Origin: Alphaproteobacteria bacterium
GTDB taxonomy: Bacteria > Pseudomonadota > Alphaproteobacteria > Rs-D84
Length of the DNA stretch: 64,000 nt
Reading direction: 5' to 3'
Assembly (NCBI GenBank): GCA_013316395.1
Contig: WSMU01000001.1
Span: 2,393 to 66,392, forward strand
Made by a program: the position numbers and the translations under genes. Below, one piece after another: positions 18,544 to 28,202 of this stretch (positions are counted from its first letter, which is position 1; every line of letters starts with the position of its first letter). The notes beneath the pieces are model-generated. The model saw only the letters and a list, made by a program, of their open reading frames with translations. It searched no databases and had not been told where the DNA came from.

Positions 18544-21055
18544 AAATATCTTTTGTGCATCGAATCCTGCGCGCATGGCGGATGCCCTGTGGCATGTTAT
18601 CAGCCATGGGGATGCCGATATTTCAGATATGCTTATTTTTCTGCCCAGTCGTCGCGCCGTGCGAACGGTTGAAAAAATGATTGCCGACAAAATGGGGGGG
18701 GCGGCGCTGTTGCCGCGTTTGGTTGCCCTGGGCGAAGGGACAGACGACGAATATGCGGACAATGATGACGGTTGTGGTGATGATGTTGTACCAGATATTT
18801 TGCGTGTGTGTGTGGCGGCAAAGCTGCTGGCGGCGGATGCAAATATAGGCAGTGTTGGCGCCGCGCTGCCGGTGGCGCGTGATTTGATACGTATGACCGA
18901 CTATCTGGAAAACGAGGGAATAAATGTTGCCGATATGGACTGGTCGTCGGTCGTAGATGATAAGTATGCCGCACACTTTCAGGCCAAGGCCCAAATGCTA
19001 AATATTATCGCGCGTGTTATGCCGCTGTGCGGCGGCGGGCGCCAGACGGCCACCGCGCGTCGCAACAGTGATATTCGCGCATGGATTGATGTTATTCGTC
19101 GTCATAATTTTTCACGCGTTATTGTATGCGCATCGACGGCATCGGTTCCGGCCACCGCGGATTTAATGGCGCAAATCGCACAATTGCCCCATGGGCGGAT
19201 AATATTGTCGGGATGTATTTCCGGTGATGCGGCGGATATTGCGTTGGATACTAATCCATATAATTCCGAATACAAGTTTTTGTCACGTTTGGGGTATGTG
19301 CCCGAAGATGTAATAAAGATTGATGTTGGGCCGTCCGCAATGACTTTTTTCAACACGGCGTTTGGTAATAATGTTTCGGCCGATGTTTTAGCGGATATAT
19401 CGCATTGCACGCTGGTTGAATGTATGCGCGAGTCGGAAGAGGCCGCCGCCGCGGTTGAAATTGCATCACGTGCCACCGCCGCCGGTCAAAGTGTGTTGAT
19501 AATAACGCCCGATGCGGCCGCGAATCAGCGTCTGTGCGCATTGTTTGCTGCGCGTGGCATCACGGCCGATTTTTCAGGCGGCATATCCGGTACTATGACG
19601 GCGGCAGGTCGTGCGATTTTAAACTTGCTTGATGACTGGATAGAGCGCGCTGACAATAGTTTCGAACATGCCTATGCCGCGGCATCGGGAAATTTGTTAC
19701 GCATGATTTCCAATTTGATAGAGGCCGCGCCCGACGCCATGCGGCCCGTGTTTGATTTAAGCGACGATGAAGCGGGGCCGGTTTGGACGGCACTGGCCGA
19801 TTTGTCGGCGGCGCTGGATTCAGCGGGGATAGTGCTGAGTGCGTCGGATGCGCGTGCCTTTGTCGCGGACAGTTTGGCCGGGGTTTCCGTTCGACCCCAG
19901 ATGCAGGCCGATGCGCGTATATGCGTGCTGGGGACGATTGAATCGCGTATGCAGACGGCCGATGTCGTTATATTAACGGGCCTGAACGAGGGGATGTTCC
20001 CCGCGCGCGGGTATGAGAATGCGTGGCTGCCGCGGGCGGTGGCGCGGCGTGTGGGGTTGCCGTCTGCGGACCGCAAGGTATCGCTGATGGCGCTGGACTT
20101 TATGAATCTGTCTTGCGGGAAGAGGGTGTACTGGCTGCGCAGTAAGATGTCGGGGGGGACCCAGACAACGGAATCACGGTTTTTATCCCGCGTTATGGCG
20201 CACCGCGGTCTGTTTGATACATGCGCCGCATCAGATATATTAAACGCCGTGCGTGAGCGCGATATGCCGCCCGCCCGGCCTTTGAACTTTGGTGTCGCCG
20301 CACCGGGGGCCGATTGGTCTGATGTTTATGTGACGGAGCTGGAACTGCTGATACATAATCCGTATGCATTTTATGCGCGGCATATATTGCGCCTGTATCC
20401 CATGGACGACTGGTGGGCAGGACCCGATGCGCGGACGTTTGGAAATCTGGTTCATGGGGTAATAGAAAACGCAACTGATTTTACGCCCGCCTCTTTGATT
20501 ACGCAAATGGATGCGCGTGCCCGCCAAGAGGTTGGGGAGCATTCCGTGCTGTATCATTTCTGGCATCGGCGCTTTGAGGAGATTGCCCCAATTGTTGCCG
20601 ATGTTTTTGGAAAAAATCCCGGGCGTGCAGAGATTGCCGGTGCCGTTCGCGTTCCTGTGGGCAGCGGTGGCGCACGCACGGTGCGTGCGCGTGCGGACCG
20701 CGTCTGTGGTGATGTTGTGGTTGATATCAAGACAGGTGCCGCGCCGTCGAAGAAGCAACTGTGCGACGGCACCATGCCACAGTTACCGTTGGAGGCGCAT
20801 ATGCTGCGTTCGGGTGGATTTGGCGCGGCGGCGCGGACGGATTCGCCCCAGATGATGTTTTTGCAACTGCGTGGTGGCGATGTGCGGGCGATTTCATATG
20901 ACGCGGCCGAGACGAAAGAAATGATAGATGCGGCCCTGGATAAGGTTACGGAACTGTTTAACCAATACACCGCCGGCGCCGCCACGTACGAGTACAGATT
21001 ACAAAACGAGATTAAATATCGTGCCTATGACGATTTGGCACGCGTGGACGATTAG
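18530..21055 (+). CDS. addB: AddB-like double-strand-break repair protein (degenerate helicase N-terminus plus C-terminal PD-(D/E)XK nuclease)
   Basis: The N-terminus LIFLPSRRAVRTVEKM...ALLPRLVALGEGTDDE matches the alphaproteobacterial AddB N-terminus, with no Walker A. The C-terminus DRVCGDVVVDIKTG is a RecB-type nuclease motif. Confidence 0.55.
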   Translation: MELNKNIFCASNPARMADALWHVISHGDADISDMLIFLPSRRAVRTVEKMIADKMGGAALLPRLVALGEGTDDEYADNDDGCGDDVVPDILRVCVAAKLLAADANIGSVGAALPVARDLIRMTDYLENEGINVADMDWSSVVDDKYAAHFQAKAQMLNIIARVMPLCGGGRQTATARRNSDIRAWIDVIRRHNFSRVIVCASTASVPATADLMAQIAQLPHGRIILSGCISGDAADIALDTNPYNSEYKFLSRLGYVPEDVIKIDVGPSAMTFFNTAFGNNVSADVLADISHCTLVECMRESEEAAAAVEIASRATAAGQSVLIITPDAAANQRLCALFAARGITADFSGGISGTMTAAGRAILNLLDDWIERADNSFEHAYAAASGNLLRMISNLIEAAPDAMRPVFDLSDDEAGPVWTALADLSAALDSAGIVLSASDARAFVADSLAGVSVRPQMQADARICVLGTIESRMQTADVVILTGLNEGMFPARGYENAWLPRAVARRVGLPSADRKVSLMALDFMNLSCGKRVYWLRSKMSGGTQTTESRFLSRVMAHRGLFDTCAASDILNAVRERDMPPARPLNFGVAAPGADWSDVYVTELELLIHNPYAFYARHILRLYPMDDWWAGPDARTFGNLVHGVIENATDFTPASLITQMDARARQEVGEHSVLYHFWHRRFEEIAPIVADVFGKNPGRAEIAGAVRVPVGSGGARTVRARADRVCGDVVVDIKTGAAPSKKQLCDGTMPQLPLEAHMLRSGGFGAAARTDSPQMMFLQLRGGDVRAISYDAAETKEMIDAALDKVTELFNQYTAGAATYEYRLQNEIKYRAYDDLARVDD

Positions 21056-21130
21056 CACGAATTTGCGCGAATAAAAAATTTATGATAAAATTCGCGCGCA
21101 AGTGAGAGTTTATCAGGGGGGGATAGCAAA

Positions 21131-22318
21131 GTGGCAAAAGATAAATATTTATCCATGCGTAATTTTGTTAGCGGATTTTCATTCGCAAATTTCGGACTAT
21201 TTACCGGTTTCGCGGACGGAATTTATAATGCCGTTTATTCACTGGTTATTTTGGAGATATTTCGCTCGTCTGCGGTGGTTGGTGTTTATGTTGCCATATA
21301 TGCGGCATTTTGCATGGTTGTAGGATTGTTTGCAAACGAGCTGCTGCGTCAGTTTTCAAAGGCTAAGCTGTTTTATTTTTCAATGCTGATGCTGGCCGTG
21401 TGTTATGCCATGATGAGCTTTTCCATAAAACCGTTTACTTTTATCGCACTGGACTATACAACGGGTATTGCGATTACGCTGGTAGGTGTATTGATACCTT
21501 TGTTTATGTCCGACTTTTCAAAAAATATAGGCATGGCAAAGCTGAATGCGCGCTATCACCTGTGGTTAAATGTCGGGGCGTTGTTTGCACCGATGATAGC
21601 TGTTGCGATTGCGGGGCATTTTGGAAACAGGGCTGCGTTTTTTGCATCCGCGCTGATATACCTGGCCGGGTGGATGTTCTTTAAGTTTTGCGGAATAGTG
21701 CAGGAGGATAAAAAAATCCGCCCCGTTAATACGCGTCGTACAATTCGTGCGCTGGCACGTAATACGCGAATGTTCTTTCGTGCGCCCGGGATGGCACGCG
21801 CGTATGCGATAAATTTTGGGTACTACTCTTTGCGGGCGATGCGATATCTCTATGTTCCAATTGTTGTTATTGAAAACGGTTTTTCTAAGGATGCGCTGGG
21901 GTGGGTATTGACCCTGGGGATTATTCCATATCTGGTGCTAAGCGAATTTATGGGGCGTGCGGTTCGCCGCTATGGCAAGTCGATATGGCTGATGCTGGGG
22001 TTCGGTTCATTTGCACTGTTTTCGGCCGGGGCAACCGTGATTACGGGTGTGCCGCTGTTGGCAATATTCGTTTTATGGCAGATATCGGGGGCCTTAATGG
22101 AATCTGTGCATGACCTGATGTTCTTTGATACGGTAAAAAAATCCGACCAGGCCCGTTTCTATGGGATATTTAGAACGAGTGTTAACCTGCCTAATGTTGT
22201 GGCGCCAATTCTGGGGGCGGCATGTATTGCGATATATGGCACGACGGCCGCTGTATGGGGGGTAACGGCCGCAATTGGTGCAATGTCGGTGGGTGTGCTG
22301 ATAGGCGGGCGCCGTTAA
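21131..22318 (+). CDS. MFS-type transporter
   Basis: About 12 predicted TM helices in a 6+6 arrangement; no closer family assignment is possible. Confidence 0.65.
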   Translation: MAKDKYLSMRNFVSGFSFANFGLFTGFADGIYNAVYSLVILEIFRSSAVVGVYVAIYAAFCMVVGLFANELLRQFSKAKLFYFSMLMLAVCYAMMSFSIKPFTFIALDYTTGIAITLVGVLIPLFMSDFSKNIGMAKLNARYHLWLNVGALFAPMIAVAIAGHFGNRAAFFASALIYLAGWMFFKFCGIVQEDKKIRPVNTRRTIRALARNTRMFFRAPGMARAYAINFGYYSLRAMRYLYVPIVVIENGFSKDALGWVLTLGIIPYLVLSEFMGRAVRRYGKSIWLMLGFGSFALFSAGATVITGVPLLAIFVLWQISGALMESVHDLMFFDTVKKSDQARFYGIFRTSVNLPNVVAPILGAACIAIYGTTAAVWGVTAAIGAMSVGVLIGGRR

Positions 22319-22348
22319 ACTATTTCAGTTGCGTCCGGGCTATTTTCC

Positions 22349-22367
22349 TTGTATGATTTTCATACAA
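22349..22367 (+). promoter_or_regulatory. Perfect 19-bp palindrome in the recA leader (candidate operator)
   Basis: TTGTATGA-TTT-TCATACAA, 16 nt upstream of the recA ATG and overlapping a TACAAT -10-like hexamer. Confidence 0.45.
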
Positions 22368-22382
22368 TTAAAAGGGGAAAAT

Positions 22383-23465
22383 ATGGCAAAGAAAGAAGTG
22401 GTAAAAGATACGAGCGCAGGGGCCAAGAATCCGGCTTTGGAATCGGCGCTGGCCCAGATTCAAAAACAATTCGGAAAAGAAGCAATCATGAAAATGGGCG
22501 ACGGGTCGCAGCAGAACATAGAGGCGATATCGTCGGGCAGTCTGGGGTTGGATATTGCGCTGGGGATTGGCGGATATCCGCGTGGGCGAATTGTTGAAAT
22601 ATATGGCCCGGAAAGCAGTGGTAAAACAACACTGGCACTGCATGCGGTGGCAGAGGCTCAAAAGAAAGGCGGAACATGTGCATATATTGATGCGGAAAAT
22701 GCTCTGGACCCGAGTTATGCTAAAAAGCTGGGGGGTAATGTTTCTGATTTGATTATATCTCAGCCTGATTCCGGTGAACAGGCATTGGAAATTGCAGATA
22801 CATTGATAAAATCCGGTGCGGTTGATGTTGTTGTTATCGATTCTGTTGCGGCATTGGTGCCCAAGGCCGAGTTAGAAGGAAATATTGGCGATTCTTTTGT
22901 TGGTACGACCGCACGACTGATGTCGCAGTCTTTGAAAAAGCTGGCCGGGTCGGTATCGCGCAGCAATACACTGCTGATATTCATTAACCAGATTCGAATG
23001 AAAATAGGTGTTATGTTCGGTAATCCGGAAACAACATCCGGTGGAAACGCTTTGAAGTTCTATGCGTCTGTTCGACTTGATATTCGTCGTACGGGCCAGA
23101 TAAAGGACAAAGAAAACGTTATCGGAAACGAAACACGTGTAAAGGTTGTAAAGAACAAAGTAGCGCCGCCTTTCCGTACGGTTGACTTTAAAATCATGTA
23201 TGGCGAAGGAATAAGCCGCATTAGTGAAATTTTGGATATGGGTGTGAAATATGACCTGATTGAAAAAGCAGGCAGCTTCTACTCATACAATAATGAACGC
23301 ATGGGCCAGGGTGAGGCGAACGCCCGCGCATGGCTAAAAGACCATGAAGAAGTTCAGCAACAGCTGTTGGATAAAATCATGGCGCGTGCGGCGGGTATTG
23401 CCGAAGAAATGACGACAGGGCCGGCCGATGATGCCGATTCTGACGACAATATTATGGCAGAGTAA
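22383..23465 (+). CDS. recA: Recombinase A
   Basis: Walker [10 protein letters not shown]; L1/L2 loop region ([26 protein letters not shown]). The start MAKKEV at 22383 is preferred over the ORF-track start. Confidence 0.95.
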   Translation: MAKKEVVKDTSAGAKNPALESALAQIQKQFGKEAIMKMGDGSQQNIEAISSGSLGLDIALGIGGYPRGRIVEIYGPESSGKTTLALHAVAEAQKKGGTCAYIDAENALDPSYAKKLGGNVSDLIISQPDSGEQALEIADTLIKSGAVDVVVIDSVAALVPKAELEGNIGDSFVGTTARLMSQSLKKLAGSVSRSNTLLIFINQIRMKIGVMFGNPETTSGGNALKFYASVRLDIRRTGQIKDKENVIGNETRVKVVKNKVAPPFRTVDFKIMYGEGISRISEILDMGVKYDLIEKAGSFYSYNNERMGQGEANARAWLKDHEEVQQQLLDKIMARAAGIAEEMTTGPADDADSDDNIMAE

Positions 23466-23483
23466 AGATAAAAAAGAGGTAAT

Positions 23484-24401
23484 GTGATGAACTTGTCACG
23501 AATGGTCGCGATGTCCGATGTTATTATGAACGGGCATGTATTAAACTGGTTCTGGCGCGACCGCGAGCATAGACGCGCCGTGCGCAGTGATGTTATTGCG
23601 CGTGTGATACCGCGATATTTTAAGCGGTATCTGCCGGCGGCGGCCGCGGTAAAAGAGTCGGCGCCCATTCGTGATGATAAGGGTGAGAAGATTTTTTCTA
23701 TATGGCTCCAGGGCGAAGAAAACGCACCCGCGCTTGTAAAGGCATGTTTTCGCAGCATTCGCGCACATTGTACCCAGGAATTGGTTGTTCTGGATGAAAA
23801 GACGCTGTTTGAATATATCAAGCTGCCCGATATTATCATGGAAAAACGCAAAAAGGGCATGATAAAGAATGCGCATTTTGCGGATATTTGCCGTGTGGAA
23901 TTGCTGTATCAATATGGTGGTTTTTGGCTGGATTCAACCGGCTTTGTCACATCACCCATACCACAATGGATAGTAGATCAGGATTTCTTTGTTTATCTGA
24001 CGGGCCAGCGCGTAGGCAGTCCGTATAGCTTTATGCAGAACTGCTTTATCCGTGCACGCAAGGGGGCATATCTGCTGGCGGCATGGCGGGCGATGATACT
24101 GGATTATTGGAGCCATGAAAACAGCAGCTTTGACTATTTCATGCATCAGTTGCTGTTCAAAGCACTGGTTACGGGTGATGCGCGTGCAAAGAAATATTTT
24201 AATGCCATGCCACATGTTGACCAGGACCCGACCCATGCGGTCTGGTGGGATATTGCCGACAAGCCGTTTAATAAAAAAGACTTTGATAAACATACCGCCG
24301 GCGCATTTTTCCAAAAGACGGCGTATAAAAGTCCCTATGCGGAAAACCCTGCGGCTGGGACGACGGCGGATGTAATGATAAACAAAATGAACAAAGATTA
24401 A
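23484..24401 (+). CDS. Glycosyltransferase, capsular-polysaccharide-synthesis (Caps_synth/GT32-like) family
   Basis: FSIWLQGEENAP... and AHFADICRVELLYQYGGFWLDSTGF match Caps_synth hallmarks. Confidence 0.6.
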   Translation: MMNLSRMVAMSDVIMNGHVLNWFWRDREHRRAVRSDVIARVIPRYFKRYLPAAAAVKESAPIRDDKGEKIFSIWLQGEENAPALVKACFRSIRAHCTQELVVLDEKTLFEYIKLPDIIMEKRKKGMIKNAHFADICRVELLYQYGGFWLDSTGFVTSPIPQWIVDQDFFVYLTGQRVGSPYSFMQNCFIRARKGAYLLAAWRAMILDYWSHENSSFDYFMHQLLFKALVTGDARAKKYFNAMPHVDQDPTHAVWWDIADKPFNKKDFDKHTAGAFFQKTAYKSPYAENPAAGTTADVMINKMNKD

Positions 24402-24413
24402 AAAGGTGCATAT

Positions 24414-25445
24414 ATGGCTGCTATTTCGGTAATTATACCCGTATATAACGTTGAAAAATATTTGCGGCGGTGTCTGGATAGTGTTTTAAATCAGACTTTT
24501 TCCGACTGGCAGGCGATATGTGTAAACGACGGCAGTCCGGATGCGTCGGATAAAATCCTGGCTGAGTATGCCGCGCGTGACCCACGATTTGTAGTTGTTA
24601 CAAAAGAAAACGGTGGCCTGTCCGATGCGCGAAATGCCGGGATGGAACATGCAACGGGCGAGTATATTATGTATCTGGACAGTGATGATTTTATTCATCC
24701 CCAGACCATGGAAATAGCATATCACATGGCACGTCGTGACAAGTCCGACATAGTTTCTTTTACATACGACAGAATTTACAGACCACAACTTATGGTGCGT
24801 CATAAACTGGGGCTTGATACCGACAGTGTTGTGCCGGGGCGCATGCATAAAAAGTACAATGTTGATAAAATCAAAACCCGTGTTACAAACGATGTTTATC
24901 AGTATGCGACAGAATATGCACATAATGCATTTAATCCAAAGCGTCGCTGGCTGATAAAGCATTGCCAGGTTTGGAAAAATATGTATCGACGTGATTTGAT
25001 TGCGGATACACCTTTTATCAAAGGCATTTTGTTTGAAGATTTCCCGTGGTGGAGTGCCGTTATGCTTAAAAATCCACGTGTTACGATAACTGCGCTGCCA
25101 CTTTACTTTTATGTGCCGAACTTTGGCGGAATTGTTTTATCGGCAAAGCAACTGCGTATTATGCAAAGCCTGTGCACAGGGATAGAAAGCGCATACAAGC
25201 TGTATGCGGGCCGCGCGAATGAATATCAAATGACACAGTGGTCACGAAAGTTTTTGTGGCTGTTTATAAAGTGGGCCTGGCGCAAGGTGCGCTATCTCGA
25301 CAATGATGCGGACCGTGATGTGGCGCGCGCATGTTTGTGCGGGCTGAAAAAAACAGGGGCGCTGCAAAATCCGCCGACGCGTCGTGCACGGCGTATGCGT
25401 CATGACATTTATGACTTTATCAAAGGCGGGTGCAAGAATTCATGA
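24414..25445 (+). CDS. Family 2 glycosyltransferase
   Basis: ISVIIPVYNVEKYLRRCLDSVLNQT...NDGSPD...YLDSDD (GT-A fold with DxD). Confidence 0.75.
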   Translation: MAAISVIIPVYNVEKYLRRCLDSVLNQTFSDWQAICVNDGSPDASDKILAEYAARDPRFVVVTKENGGLSDARNAGMEHATGEYIMYLDSDDFIHPQTMEIAYHMARRDKSDIVSFTYDRIYRPQLMVRHKLGLDTDSVVPGRMHKKYNVDKIKTRVTNDVYQYATEYAHNAFNPKRRWLIKHCQVWKNMYRRDLIADTPFIKGILFEDFPWWSAVMLKNPRVTITALPLYFYVPNFGGIVLSAKQLRIMQSLCTGIESAYKLYAGRANEYQMTQWSRKFLWLFIKWAWRKVRYLDNDADRDVARACLCGLKKTGALQNPPTRRARRMRHDIYDFIKGGCKNS

Positions 25446-26437
25446 TTTCCGTTGTTGTGCCCGTTTATAATGTTGCCAAATACCTGCGCAGATGTATCGA
25501 CAGCGTGCGTGCCCAGACATATACTGACTGGGAAATGATATGCATAAACGACGGCAGTACTGATAAATCGTCTGAGATTTTAAGTGAATATCTGGAAAAA
25601 GATTCCCGAATCCGTGTTATAAACAAGCAAAACGAGGGTGTGTCCGCCGCCAGAAATGACGGTGTCGCCGCCGCGCGTGGTGATTGGATTTTATTTTTGG
25701 ATAGTGATGATTTTATCCATCCTCAGACGCTGGAGATAACGCACCGCATTGCGGCCAAGGCTGGGGTGGATATTGTATCTTTTCGACATGATGCGCGCAT
25801 GCATCGGCGCGTACGTGCTGGAATGCTTGTCGGTATCAGGATTGCTCCCAGTGTTCGTCAAAAGAATTATGATGTAGAGCGGGTAAAATATAAAACAACG
25901 GGAAATCTTATAAAATATACGACCGAGCGCAATCATAGCTTTGGCCGTTGGCGTGTACGTCATTGTTATCCTGTAATGCATTTGTATCGTCGGGCGCTGA
26001 TTTCAAACATTGGATTTGATACGGATATAAAAATCACCGAAGATTTTCCATGGTGGACGCGTGTAATATTCGCGCATCCGCGTGCGGCTATAACCCGTTT
26101 ACCGTTGTATTATTATGTGCCGCATTGGTCCAGTGCACTAAATAGTGCCCACGCCCAGCGGATGTATGAAAATGTCGGCATGTCGATAATGCGTTCTTAT
26201 TCTGTGGCGGCCGATGCCGCAACGCCGCATGAAATGCGCTGGTGGCAGCGTGAATTTTTATGGCCCTTTATAATAACATGTGTACGCGCTGTGCGTCGTG
26301 CGGGGGATGAAATAGATAAGTCTGGGGCGGCGACGCGCCTGGCATGTATGGAAAAAATGGGATGCTTTGATAACCCGTCCGGTTTTCGTGCACGCAAATA
26401 TCGCCGCTGGATTCGCAGATTTATCGCGGATTCATAA
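25430..26437 (+). CDS. Family 2 glycosyltransferase, tandem paralogue of the preceding gene
   Basis: ISVVVPVYNVAKYLRRCIDSVRAQT...NDGSTD...FLDSDD, clearly similar to the upstream GT2 along its length. Start overlaps the upstream gene. Confidence 0.75.
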   Translation: MQEFMISVVVPVYNVAKYLRRCIDSVRAQTYTDWEMICINDGSTDKSSEILSEYLEKDSRIRVINKQNEGVSAARNDGVAAARGDWILFLDSDDFIHPQTLEITHRIAAKAGVDIVSFRHDARMHRRVRAGMLVGIRIAPSVRQKNYDVERVKYKTTGNLIKYTTERNHSFGRWRVRHCYPVMHLYRRALISNIGFDTDIKITEDFPWWTRVIFAHPRAAITRLPLYYYVPHWSSALNSAHAQRMYENVGMSIMRSYSVAADAATPHEMRWWQREFLWPFIITCVRAVRRAGDEIDKSGAATRLACMEKMGCFDNPSGFRARKYRRWIRRFIADS

Positions 26438-26445
26438 ATTCCGAC

Positions 26446-27285
26446 TTATATTCCTGTTTCCTCGAAGCGTGCGGGGATTGTTGTAACCCACTTTAGTCCC
26501 AGCATACCCGGTTTATTCAAATCATATATTGGACGAAATATACGCTGCATTATGCGTGCCAATGTGCGCGGCATGTTTTTATTACGCGCGCGCGTTATGA
26601 TTTCTATCGTGCGCGCACGTTTTTTTAAATGACGTGCCCACGACGGATTTCTGTCGCCAATTTTGTTCTTTATCATATCCAAATCTGCACCGCCAAAGTG
26701 AAGCAGGTAAAGATTTTTATCTATATGAAAATTATGACCCTTTACGCTGTGAAAGCCGCTGCCCCAGGTGGCGGGGCGGCTTAGCACCACGGGTTTAGTA
26801 TAGCGGGTCGACATTAAGGCATATTTACGCTGGGGCAGCATTGGCATGTCTGGGTCCAGTGGCGCCTCAGAGTTTAAATCCATTCCCACATCCAGCCCCA
26901 GGCCCGATAGCGATGTGTTAATTTTTTTGTCCGACAAATACTGACGCAGCGTCATACCCAATTCCGGGTCAACAACAAGAAATTCATCACAGTCACAGCC
27001 CACAACAATATCATAACCGTCATCGAATAGTTTTTGTGCCAAATCCGACAGCAGCAGTATGCGTGTTTTATCGCCTTTTTGAACCGCCTGGTCGCGGTGG
27101 GGCAGGCGCGTTATATTCGTGCGCCCTGCGCGTGCAGGAATTGCCTGGTCCAGGCCGTCAAGGTAGATATATAGGTTTTCTTCGCCGAACTGTTCCCCGT
27201 AATATGATATCCAGCGGTTTAGAAAAAATTCGTCATTGCGAGCCATTGTTATTGCCGCAATGCGCTTGGTACTTATGTGCTTCAT
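26446..27285 (-). CDS. GT-A-like glycosyltransferase (GT2/GT92-like hypothetical)
   Basis: AAITMARNDEFFLNRWISYY...GCDCDEF resembles the MxKNE...DxD arrangement of a GT2-related family. Confidence 0.45.
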   Translation of the reverse strand: MKHISTKRIAAITMARNDEFFLNRWISYYGEQFGEENLYIYLDGLDQAIPARAGRTNITRLPHRDQAVQKGDKTRILLLSDLAQKLFDDGYDIVVGCDCDEFLVVDPELGMTLRQYLSDKKINTSLSGLGLDVGMDLNSEAPLDPDMPMLPQRKYALMSTRYTKPVVLSRPATWGSGFHSVKGHNFHIDKNLYLLHFGGADLDMIKNKIGDRNPSWARHLKKRARTIEIITRARNKNMPRTLARIMQRIFRPIYDLNKPGMLGLKWVTTIPARFEETGI

Positions 27286-28130
27286 ATTTGTCCCTTGCGC
27301 GCTTTCCCCAGGGCGTATTTTACCCCGCGCATAAGTATTTTAACCGGATTGTTTGTCAAAAGCCAGTCTATATATTCAGCGCCCCATGTACGTCGCGCGT
27401 TTTCCAATATTGATGCACGGGCATCGGGGGCAATGTGATTTAGAACATATAATATCTGGCGCCCCAGGCGGCCGCCATGACGTGAAAAGGCGACTTTTTT
27501 CATAAAGGGCAGGCCGCCACGATACAGCTTTTTTATCTGATTATATATCCCGCGGTTTTCAACCGTATATATGCATCCCCACGCCAGGCCATGTTTTGAT
27601 ACCAGTGCGGTAAACCCCTGTTCATATAGTTTTGTGACGCTGCCTTTGTCTGTTTGCTTGCGTACGGATTGTATAAACTTCTTAAACCAGGGGGCTAAGA
27701 ATACTGTTGCCCGCATACCTATGAACCATGACTGGATATGGGGATGGGCGGGGTTGGGATTGCATACAGGGCCAAAGGCATCCACGTCCAATGATTCCAT
27801 TTCATTTAATATTTTTCCAATATCCGCCAGTGGACCATAGATGGAATCATTTGCCAGATATACAAAATCGTAATCGCTTAGAATGCCAGCTTTGCTGGCA
27901 TACATGTATGCCCGTTTATAAGAACCAAAGTCATATTCGCCATGACGCGCGGCGGTCGCCGCAACAGTAAATGGCGCCAGCTTTTTTATTGACCCGTCGT
28001 CGCAGTCGTTATCCATGTGTACGATAACATCGCCGTATTGGGACAGTTCGCGCACATAGTATTCCAGTGATGCGTCAACATGTCCCATGCGGTCGTATGC
28101 TGCGACCAGAAACAGTCTTTTGATAGACAT
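27282..28130 (-). CDS. Rhamnan-synthesis-F (RgpF)-like glycosyltransferase
   Basis: LFLVAAYDRMGHVDASLEYYVREL...DNDCDDGS...DFGSYKRA resembles the PF05045 N-terminus. Start overlaps the downstream gene. Confidence 0.4.
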   Translation of the reverse strand: MSIKRLFLVAAYDRMGHVDASLEYYVRELSQYGDVIVHMDNDCDDGSIKKLAPFTVAATAARHGEYDFGSYKRAYMYASKAGILSDYDFVYLANDSIYGPLADIGKILNEMESLDVDAFGPVCNPNPAHPHIQSWFIGMRATVFLAPWFKKFIQSVRKQTDKGSVTKLYEQGFTALVSKHGLAWGCIYTVENRGIYNQIKKLYRGGLPFMKKVAFSRHGGRLGRQILYVLNHIAPDARASILENARRTWGAEYIDWLLTNNPVKILMRGVKYALGKARKGQI

Positions 28131-28202
28131 TTGTATTCCTATTTATTTAATATATGTATATAATAAACGTAAAGTCCCACTTTTTCAATATAGGAGTGTA
28201 GA

